In this document: positions 27,862 to 37,579 of the stretch, piece after piece
How the letters are laid out: each line of letters starts with the position of its first letter
How positions within the stretch are numbered: the stretch's first letter is position 1
Assembly (NCBI GenBank): GCA_029953675.1
Contig: JAMWBK010000009.1
Span: 496,001-560,000 of the forward strand
Source: Rhodosorus marinus CCMP1338
Lineage: Eukaryota; Plantae; Rhodophyta
Length of the DNA stretch: 64,000 bases
Direction of reading: 5' to 3'
Position numbers and translations under genes: made by a program
Notes under the pieces: model-generated
Database searches by the model: none
Told to the model about the DNA's origin: nothing
What the model saw: the letters and a program-made list of their open reading frames with translations, nothing else

Positions 27862-28020
27862 CCTGAAGAACCTGTAGAACCTGAAAACCCTGAAGAACCT
27901 GAAAACCCTGAAGAACCTGAAAACCCTGAAGAACCTGAAAACCCTGAAGAACCAGAAAACGAACCAGAAATTCAACCAGATGAAAACCCTGAAAATCCTG
28001 AAAATCCTGAAAATCCTGAA
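27862..28020 (+). repeat. 9/18-bp coding repeat (EPENPE)n between protease and RT
   Basis: Tandem CCTGAAAACCCTGAAGAA units, translated PEEPENPEEPEN... Confidence 0.9.
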
Positions 28021-29135
28021 AGATCCAAACGCGCCACTAAGGCGAACGAGTTGGATACCTGGAGTACATCAAGGTATGAATCGGTCTTCGCGGATAATAT
28101 TGAGACACTACCCCCTTGGAGAAAAGTGAATTTCACTATAGACCTGAAACCTGGAACGGAGCCAACTTCTCAACGACCTTACAGAATGAATCTTACGGAC
28201 CAGAAGGAGCTCAAACGACAACTCCAGGAGCTTTTGAACAACAAACTGATTCGGCCCAGTTCGTCGCCTTTTGCAGCCCCGTGCCTGTTCGTTGACAAGA
28301 AGGACGGTGGAAGAAGGCTATGCATTGACTACAGAAGGTTAAACTCCCAGACGATAGCCAACCAGACGAGCCCGCCGCGCATAGATGACTGCCTGGACGC
28401 CCTGGGATCAGCCACATACCTCAGTGTGATTGATCTCCGGAGTGGGTACTGGCAATTGCGGGTGAAGGACGAGGACATACCTAAAACGGCCTTCACCACA
28501 CCATTCGGCTTGTATGAATGGCTGGTGATGCCGTTTGGATTGACCAACGCACCGGCTGTATTTACCCGATTGCTCAACAACATATTCTTCGAAGAATTGA
28601 GTGAATTCGTCACGATTTTCTGTGACGACATCATAATCTACTCTACGAACGCGGAAGACCATAGGAGACACCTGGATACTGTCTTTTCAAAATTGAGAAA
28701 CAACAAATTATATACAAAGCGGTCAAAACGCGTTTTTGGTGTCCCCGAGACAAAATATTTGGGTCACCTCGTTGGAAGTGGGCAACGGAGACCGGACCCG
28801 GGCAAAGTAGCTGCTCTCAAGAATTGGCGAACCCCGGAGAATGTCCATGACGTAAGATCTTTTTTGGGATTTACTGGCTACCTACGCAACTATGTACCGG
28901 AATTCAGCCTTGTAGCAGCACCTTTGACCAATCAAACGAAGGAAAATGTGAACTTCCTATGGGGTCCTGAGCAGCAAGAAGCCTTTGACACCCTGCGGGA
29001 AAAAATGATGGCGCAGCCAGTCCTCCGAAACCCTGACTTCCAAAAAATGTTCATCGTACATACGGACGCGAGCAATCGAGGGCTGTCCTACCACAAAAAT
29101 TTAAAGACGGCGAACATCCAATCGCCTACTTTTCG

Positions 29136-30319
29136 AAGAAATTTTCGGACGCCGAAAAGCGATATTCAACGTATGAGCAGGAGCTTTATGCATTGACAAC
29201 TGCTATTCTCCACTGGCGTACGTACCTGGAGGGGACCAGATTCGTTGTTCGCACGGATCACAACCCATTGAGATTCTTACATTCACAGAAGGAACTTACG
29301 AAGCGGCAAGCCCGATATTTATATCGGTTAATGCCCTTTCAGTTCAATATCAACTATAAACAGGGCAAGGAGAATATTGCGGATGCGCTAAGTCGTCACG
29401 CCATACAACAACTAACAGTCGTTTCAGTTGTACCAAATCCAGAGTGGCGGCAAGCGTACCTGCAGGATCCGGCGTTCAGTGACATCTTCGAGCATCCGGA
29501 GCGATACCGGCAGCAAGGATTTGTTTGGCGAAATGACTCCTTGTATTTGCATAACCGAATCTGTGTTCCGGAAATCATGGTCACCGCTCTCCTCCAAAGT
29601 CACCATAAATGTCCCCCGATGGGTTTACCATAAATGTCCCCCAATGGGTTCACCATAAATGTCCCCCAATGGGTTCATTATGGTGACTTTGGAGGAGAGC
29701 GGTGACCATGATTTCCGGAACACATATTCGGTTATGCAAATACAAGGAGTCATTTCTCTCCTCCAAAGTCACCATAAATGTCCCCCGATGGGTTTACCAT
29801 AAATGTCCCCCAATGGGTTCACCATAAATGTCCCCCAATGGGTTCATTATGGTGACTTTGGAGGAGAGCGGTGACCATGATTTCCGGAACACATATTCGG
29901 TTATGCAAATACAAGGAGTCATTTCGCCAAACAAATCCTTGCTGCCGGTATCGCTCCGGATGCTCGAAGATGTCACTGAACGCCGGATCCTGCAGGTACG
30001 CTTGCCGCCACTCTGGATTTGGTACAACTGAAACGACTGTTAGTTGTTGTATGGCGTGACGACTTAGCGCATCCGCAATATTCTCCTTGCCCTGTTTATA
30101 GTTGATATTGAACTGAAAGGGCATTAACCGATATAAATATCGAGCTTGCCGCTTCGTAAGTTCCTTCTGTGAATGTAAGAATCTCAATGGGTTGTGATCC
30201 GTGCGAACAACGAATCTGGTCCCCTCCAGGTACGTACGCCAGTGGAGAATAGCAGTTGTCAATGCATAAAGCTCCTGCTCATACGTTGAATATCGCTTTT
30301 CGGCGTCCGAAAATTTCTT
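29136..30319. repeat. 473-bp inverted duplication (arms 29136-29608 and 29847-30319) with a complex junction
   Basis: The same RNase H/integrase-N protein is encoded on + (29193-29633) and - (29819-30262). The junction has 25-bp triplicated units and a 169-bp tandem duplication (29587-29755, 29756-29924). Confidence 0.95.
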
Positions 30320-31544
30320 GCAGGATATCGAGAAATTCTTAAGAACCTGCGAAGTTTGCCAGAGGCAAAAAGCACTCCGACACTCAGCGGGAAAGTTGAA
30401 CCCACTGCCTATTCCAGACGGGAAATTTCAATCCGTATCGATGGATTTTATTACTAACCTACCTGTGACACCGGACGGCCTCGACGCAATCTTCGTCATA
30501 GTGGACAGGTTCACAAAATATGCGCAATTCATCCCGACCACAACTAAGGTTACTGCGCGCGAAGCCTCCGAACTATTCCTACGCCATTGGATCCGTTTCG
30601 CAGGGGTGCCAAAAGACATCATCTCGGATCGCAACTCACGTTTCACTGGCATCTTCTGGAACCATCTAATGACGCTCCTGCAGGTAAAACAAAAGCTGAG
30701 TACTGCCTACCATCCACAATCAGACGGACAAACAGAAAGAACGAACCAGACCTTGGAAACGTACCTGCGATGTAATTCAACAACCACAACTTGGGCGGAC
30801 GACCTTCCTACGGCAGAGCTGGCCTACAACTGCCAAGTTTGAGAGTCTACGAAGTTCTCCCCCTTCGAGTTGCTTTACGGAAAGAACCCGATTTTACCTC
30901 CCGATCTTACAGTCCCGGATGCTAACGGCCCTTCATTGTCGTTACCTGAAGCCGCAACCATTATGTTACAACGACAACAAGACCAACAAGGTCTAGCCCG
31001 CGCCAACCTACGATATGCCCAAGAACGCCAACGCTTCTACTATGATCGAGGCAAAAGAGACCTCCACTTTGAACCAGGCGAATATGTGCTCTTGTCAACA
31101 CGGAATCTTCAACTCCCTGATTCAAAAGTTTTTCGGCCAAGATATGTTGGACCGTTTCGAATTTTACGCCAAATTGGTAACGTTGCGTATAAGCTGGAGC
31201 TCACGGGAGATTCTCAGATGCATGATGTTTTTCATGTATCACTATTACGAAAGTTCAATGGACCTGAACCTGAAGGCTCGCGCGTAGTTCCTGTACTACA
31301 ACCAGCAGTACCACAACGAGAGTTGAAGTCAGTTTTGGGACATCGACGAGACGAAAAGAACCTAAAAGATTACTTCGTCTACTTTGAAGGCGAGACAACG
31401 GATTATTTGAGATGGCTACCCTACCATCTACTACCGCAGAACCGGAATACCAAGAAACAAATCCGGTATTATACGAATCTCCACAAGGCAGCTTCTTCTG
31501 CCACCGGATAGTTCTTTCCTTCAGTAGTGTTAGTGTGGTTGAGT

Positions 31545-31793
31545 TGCTACGTCCTGACCGAACAAGTCAGGAGTGTAGCCCAAAACAAGGCTAATAATAG
31601 ATAAGTCTAGGTCTAATAATAGTACTCTAGCAAACCCAAGACATGAACCGGAAGCCTATAAATACGGAAGTTACGACCTTCCGTCTTAGGATTAGAGCTA
31701 GGGGAGGAGTATCCAAGATAAAAAAAAAGATAAAACAGAAGGGAATTTAAGGTTATTTTGGATCACCTACACGCGTTAACGGAGAACGTGTCA
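31545..31793 (+). repeat. 3' LTR of element 1 (249 bp)
   Basis: Direct repeat of 27055-27307, followed by the TSD GAGAC. Confidence 0.95.
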
Positions 31794-32006
31794 GAGACCT
31801 ACTCAACTTACAACTATGAACCGATCTTGCTCGTTGATGCTGGAAATCATCACGGGCTTGACTTTATCAACTTATCAACTTTATCAACATTCATGACGTC
31901 TCGAACAACTTCAGAAGTTCATCCAAACGTTAGCTCCTTAACTGTATCCAAAAATCGTAAACCGCGGCAAGACGAGGGTGGAAATACATTTCAAACGTTT
32001 CCGAGG

Positions 32007-33776
32007 TCAGCTACTCCACTTCGAAGGCCCCCTCGGAATCCATCTGACGATTGCATCGGGCACAGTCTTATACAATAAGCTTCCCAGCGGCTCGCGCAGG
32101 CCGAGCTTGTACAGCGCCTTTGGAAAGAGGAGAAGCAGCTTTGCGAGCGATGGATTCACGGTTTGCGTGTACGTAGAAGTGATGACACCGTTGACAACGA
32201 TATCACCGGACATCGTGTGCGGATTGTAAACTCCCTTCAGCTGCACCCTATGGACAGCTGTTACTGTGGTTAGATCGCCATTTGCCAGTGAAATCTCGTC
32301 GCCAACCTTCACGTCCTTCGCAGCAACAAGCTTATCGCCGACAACAAGATAGTGATTTGGACTAAGCTCAATGAAGTTCGTGCTCGTTTGAAGCCGCACA
32401 AACTTCCCGAATTCAGTGCTATCTCGGTGGGAGAATCCGAAGACGTCGCTGTACTCGCCGTGGCCCCCGAGGACTGTGTCCCCAGCCTCAAGTCCATCCA
32501 TCGCTTTCGTCGTTCCGTCCTCAAGCGTAACCACTGCATTCCCAGGGAAGCACGCAACCTCCTCCGGGTCCGGGTCGCACTGCTCCATCAGCGTCTCGCT
32601 TACAGACGGAAAATCGTTGATGAGTTGTTGATTGCCGCAGTTTTCAATTATAGGCGAAAGACAGCCCAAGGTGGTTTCCACACCCGCACAGCAGTCATCA
32701 CCCTGGTCGTTCATGACACATGACAAGTCGTTCTCTTCCATGCAAGCAAAGAACGCCTCTCTGTCACATTCATCAGATTCAGCGTACGTTAAGCTGCCCC
32801 CGAAGGTCGCCGCGGTCTCCTCGAGGAATTCAATATGACTGGCAGCTGACAGGGAGTTGTATCCTGACTCGGTTGATGAGTTGCATTCTCCGGTTTCTGA
32901 AAGTCAAAATTGATAATATCCCTGTTCTTAGCCACTCCTCTAGTACGATTCTGTTCTCAAAACTCTTCACAAATACGAACTGAAATGGAATCACTTACCT
33001 GATACGATCCTGACAAAACTCAAAACTCCAACGGAGTACGTCTCATCCAAATTGTCCCCGAGTACCAGTAGAGGACTACCAGAGTCTCCGGAGCAGGTAA
33101 CACCAGCCGTTCCGTCATGATCGCCGTCGGCACACACCAACCTGGAATCCGCGCTGGGCCCCTCCAGGAGATCGCATCCAGTTGCGGTAACAAGGATAGT
33201 GTCCAGCTCGCGCAGCACGATTGGATCCCGGTTATTGTTCGTGCTACCCCAACCAACAGAGGCGGAACTTGTCCAGGTAATTACGGGCAACGTGCTAAGC
33301 ATCAGCACCTTTCCGCCATCATCTAAAAGTGAGCTTGGCATCTTGATCATGCTTAAGTCGAAGCCGAGGACAAGCGTGAGGTTACCATCAACGTACTGCG
33401 GGTGGTTTTCATAGGCTTGGATTGGGCGGCAAGTGGACGAGTCAAATTCAAGACCAAAACATACGTAAAGATCATTCGGGTCCACATCATGAGTGCAGTG
33501 CGCGGCAGTCAGCACCAGGGTCTCATCGACGATAGCACCTGTGCAGAAGAAGAAAATGCCGAAATTCCCGGCGATCCCTATCTGTACCAACCACGGGTAT
33601 TCCGCCATGCTTGTCACTTCATTTCCGTTCACAATCTTCTGCGACGGAGTGAAAAAGTTTTTAATTGACATCTTAGCCGATACATCCTGAACCTGAACCC
33701 CGTCAACCAAGCCACCCAACACTCCAATCAAGGCAAGCAAAATCCCTATCAGGATCCGCTCACGTTCCACCACCAT
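32007..33776 (-). CDS. Secreted S1 (trypsin-family) serine protease fused to a Hedgehog-type Hint (Hog) domain, 2 exons, ~555 aa
   Basis: Exon 1 (33776-32999): signal peptide, QK|IVNG, TAAHC, DLSMI, GDSGSP. Phase-1 intron 32998-32897 (GTAAGT...TTTCAG). Exon 2 (32896-32007) stays in frame through a Cys-rich linker into A|CFPGNAVVTLEDGTTKAMDGLEAGDTVL...SPNH...GVYNPHTMSGDIVVNGVITSTY. Confidence 0.9.
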
Positions 33777-34976
33777 TATCAACACCCCACCCACCCCCCA
33801 ACCCCCAAACCCCTCAAAAACAAAAACCACAGGAAAACTTACAACTCCCTCACCCCCTCACTCCCTCACTCCTTCACTCTCTCCGTCACCTTCAAACACC
33901 TCCCCCTCCGGAATTCCCATCCACCAGACCATTACTAGCACTCCTTAAGTATCCATTCTGAAGATCCACCGCAGAACATGAAACCAACAACTTTTTCACA
34001 AACCCGAACATCCAGTACATAAAACAATCAAAAAACAAGATCTCGAATTCCACTGACAAATATTAGCATACCCCCTTTTCGCGAATGCAAAAGTTCAACC
34101 TGACTTCATTTTCGAACAAATCATTTCTGAAAAATGAAGTGGGTCCACGTCTTACGACGTAGATTTTAAAAGGGGGAGAGGGGGGGGAAGAGGTGAAGGA
34201 AAAGCCTGAACTTATTTATCTGAATGAGAATGGAATGCGTATTCTCATTCATAAATATCCGGTTTTGTTGAATTTATAAATAAAAAAGGATATTTTATTT
34301 GTGAATAGGAATGGAAAATAGGGAAACGGGGTTATCATTCATTATTTTGGTTGTCGGGTTCGGGTTTCTTCGAGGCGGAGGCGAAAGCGGAGGGTGAGAG
34401 GGAAAGTTGTTGGAGGTGGGAGATCTTGTGTGATTCTAGAGGCTCGCCAGTATTTCTTCACTTCAATAAACTAAAAAACCAAGCGGAAAAAACTTCGAGT
34501 GTGTGTGTGTACAGCCCCGACATTTGGATCTGTCCTCTTACTTTCGACCAGTAGACTTTAGATCGTTTTCCTAAACGTGAATGTGGTTGCCTTACCAGTG
34601 AAAAGCAAAAGAATCACGCCTTGGACTTCCAGTCGCGTTTCCATATGATGTTTTTCTTGCTGGTGAAGAGCGGTTTTTGCGGATGTGTCGTATGCTCAAC
34701 AAATTCTGCTGAGAATTGTTGAACCGGACCTTTTGATCTGCAACAAGAGGGACTGCAACTTTTTTGGAGAAAGCATGGGAGAGGAATGTCAAAGTTTGGT
34801 CCATGCATGTTGTGCGACTGAGAAATTTATCTCTCGCTAGCTGCGCGATTACTACAGTCAAGATTTCCGCAGTTATCGCCTCTCGCCGTGAAAGTTCAGA
34901 ACCACGTGGTCTTCGCTCGCATTTCTCCCTGAGCCTAAGAGGCCTGCGGCGACCCTTCCGATGTGGCAAGCAGAGG

Positions 34977-35192
34977 CTTGAGCGGTCCCGGATGGGTCTT
35001 ACAGGAGCTCGTCATCCTAGGACTGAATGATATAGCTGCGCTGTGAAGGAGATGAGATAGAATGTTCCGAGTTAGTCTGGGGTAGGCGCCTTGGCTTAGA
35101 CTTGAGCTGTCCCGGGTGGGCCTTACAGGAGCCGGTCATCCTAGGAGCGAATGACACAGCTGTGCTTTGGAGGAGATGAGGTAGATTGTTCC
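34977..35192. repeat. Imperfect direct repeat, two ~92-bp copies with 124-bp period
   Basis: 34977-35068 and 35101-35192 share CTTACAGGAGC, GTCATCCTAGGA and AGGAGATGAG. Confidence 0.8.
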
Positions 35193-35466
35193 ATGCATCC
35201 CACTCGTGGCACTGCTGCCCGAAACCGACATGGTTCTAGGTTCCGCGAATCATGATTGCAAGCATAAAATTGAAAGACATGAACAATATTCCAATTTACT
35301 TGTAATTTAATATATTATCATACACGCGTCGGTTACGAAACTTGCAAATTTTGATTTGTAACGGATATCGATGCGTTTGGCGGGAAAAGGTAACCCTGAA
35401 GTTTTTTTTTCCCCCTTTTGCTATCTTGAGTCCCGAGTGAACCTCAATGCGGGTTTGCACCTTACT

Positions 35467-36842
35467 TCAGCCCCACTCGCAGTCATCCACTTCGGCCAGG
35501 ACATCACTCATCGCTGCCTGGTTTTCGGGGAGGTCAGCAGTAGCGCGACTTTCTTGTATCCCGACCACAGGCTTTGGTTTGAATGGATACCGAGACGGCT
35601 CGACATCCAGCTTGGTTTCATTTTCTTCGGTACCTGGAATGTTCGATGGAACCATCTCCTCAGGTTCTGCTGTTGCGCGCTCCCTATCTACACTAGCAGG
35701 GACCCTGCAGGGCGCGCTTCCTTCCTGCCTCTCATACCGACTCCACCTGGATGCTGATGGTAGCTCGCGTGCTATCTGCACGTCCGAACTGGGTGCTCCC
35801 TCGTTTGAACTCGTTGAATCGACATCTTCCGATTCTTCCTCATGTTCGTCTCTGCTGAAGTCTCTGGCGCGATTGAGCTTCTGAACAACCGGCCGTATAT
35901 CCTTGGCAGAGTGAGACTGTGCGATAATCTGTACGAAAAATAAAGACCTCCTTGTTCAACAAAACCTTCGTTTTCTTACAAGGTCCTGGGGATCCCATAC
36001 CTTGCGCACAGACTGCTGAATCCCGCAAACTTTGCATACGAATCTTCTGTCCCTTCTAAGCGTACTCGCTTGAAAAGTTCGACAGCTGAAGCATAGTACG
36101 CAAATGTAAAGCATTTCAGCGCACCATCAAGAATATCACCCTACCCTACACCGCATATCGAGCTTATGTCATGCATCCCTCAAAATCACCTCTCAAGCTC
36201 TGCATGCGTCGCACGACAGCTCACCCGCCTGCCGTCTTGTTCAACAAAACCAAAGTTCAACAGTTCGTACAGAGTACATATGATGGTACTAATGAGCGTC
36301 ATCATCACATTTTTCATCTTCCTCGACCGCAAGCTATCTCTGTGGTAAGGGTGTTGGGATTGGAAACTTAAAGGTCGGGCAGGGAACGGGATTTTGTGAA
36401 CAGAACTTTACTTCACTCTTATAGATTCCTAGGGTTTCGGCGCTAGCTCATCCCACAGACAGGGATTTTCCCCAGTTGTGATGGCCGCTCAATGGATGAT
36501 TCCAAGACACCCCAAATTGACTTTTCAACTCGCTGAAATGTCGGCCTGCCACAATCAAGCTTCTGCTTCGGGATCGTCTTCAGATTTCGGCAGGTTGACA
36601 ATACTCCGAAGCTCCTCGCCCGCCCGCTCTGCCTCTTCTGCGAGCGCGTACTTGTCATCCTCAGTGGCCAGCAGGGCAGCCAGGGGTGAATCTCCCCTGC
36701 TCACGAAATTGAGCTGCATGTATCGATCATCAGACATCCTTACAGCCAAGTCAACAAATTCCCCTTCACGCAACACATACCCCTCCGCTCGGGTGATAAC
36801 CAGCAACATGAACACCACCAAAAAACCAGTTCTCCACGCCAT
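35467..36842 (-). CDS. Hypothetical secreted or membrane protein, multi-exon
   Basis: Signal-peptide-like MAWRTGFLVVFMLLVITRAEG at 36842. Plausible GT-AG introns link AVELFKRVRLEG... (~36090-36000) to the acidic C-terminal ORF 35467-35781. No family recognised. Confidence 0.4.
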
Positions 36843-37579
36843 CTTTAGAGGACACCGCGATTTCAGAAAACACTGCCCGCACCCAGCGCAACCTCAGCAT
36901 TCACAGATCCACAGACAGTCCTCCACTCTCACTCGGAGCTTCAGTTGCTGCATACTGCAGCTCCCGATCCATAAATGCGCCAACCCTTCACACCACTATG
37001 AGAAGCAGCGCCGGCCAGTGTGCCAAGAACCCCGACAAAGCGATCCGCATGTTCAAAAGAGAGTAAATTATTTCAAAATTCACATCTGTACAACGGATTC
37101 ATTACTTTCTGTTGTGCAACCTCAACCCCTTTGATCCATCTAAAAACTTCAGATTTTCAGTCAGTCAGGAATCTTTGTGAAAGATTCATCGGCATTATTT
37201 GTTGGACAGCTGTCCACTGCTAGGCTAGATTAGCACGTTCCAAGTGTCAAGTGTCCACTTGGGTATTGACTCAATTTTTCCAGAATTCAAGGTTTGCTCC
37301 TTCCTAATTACTCCCTAATCAAGTAGTTTATCCCAAAACTAACTTTCCCTTTCTAACTCTGGTTCTTCTTCCTTACTTGTTTTCTTCTCTACTAGCTTCA
37401 AGCTAGGCTAACCTCAAAAGCATCGGGGGTTCCATCGTATTTATATCCTTCCGTCATCGGGATATGCGATACCGTCGAGACTAAAATAAGTGTTGTACCT
37501 CCATAGATTCTGGCACAGTCCGAGCATAATTTAGCTCAGCCGCATAGCTCTGTAAGGTTGAACTTGCTTGAAAGGCTGA

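Larger units (their letters stand above)
27346..31511 (+). pseudogene. pol (aspartic protease, RT, RNase H, integrase, chromodomain), disrupted
   Basis: LLVDTGSS protease; RLCIDYRRLN, DLRSGYWQ, MPFGLTNAP and FCDD in RT; frameshift in RNase H near 29086; inverted duplication at the integrase zinc finger; STAYHPQSDGQTER; in-frame TGA at 30840-30842; C-terminal chromodomain LKSVLGHRR...YFVYFEG...RWLP. Confidence 0.9.
27055..31793 (+). mobile_element. Ty3/Gypsy chromodomain-type LTR retrotransposon (element 1): gag-deleted, internally rearranged, inactive
   Basis: LTRs at 27055-27307 and 31545-31793 (TG...CA); 5-bp TSD GAGAC at 27050-27054 and 31794-31798; PBS at 27310; domain order PR-RT-RH-IN-chromodomain. 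Confidence 0.95.

Noticed and set aside
29601-29845. 25-bp repeats as a CRISPR array
   Set aside because: The repeats are contiguous with no unique spacers, derive from integrase sequence, and lie in a eukaryotic locus with no cas genes.
26769-31860. Element 1 inserted into a tiny intron of a minus-strand gene (MISSINEQDRFIV|LSFEARADW...)
   Set aside because: It would need a 35-nt intron, shorter than any other seen here, and the product is unrecognisable; too speculative.
33777-33830. Upstream start of the protease ORF given by the track
   Set aside because: It is a GTG start in the G/T-rich leader; the ATG at 33776 directly precedes the signal peptide.
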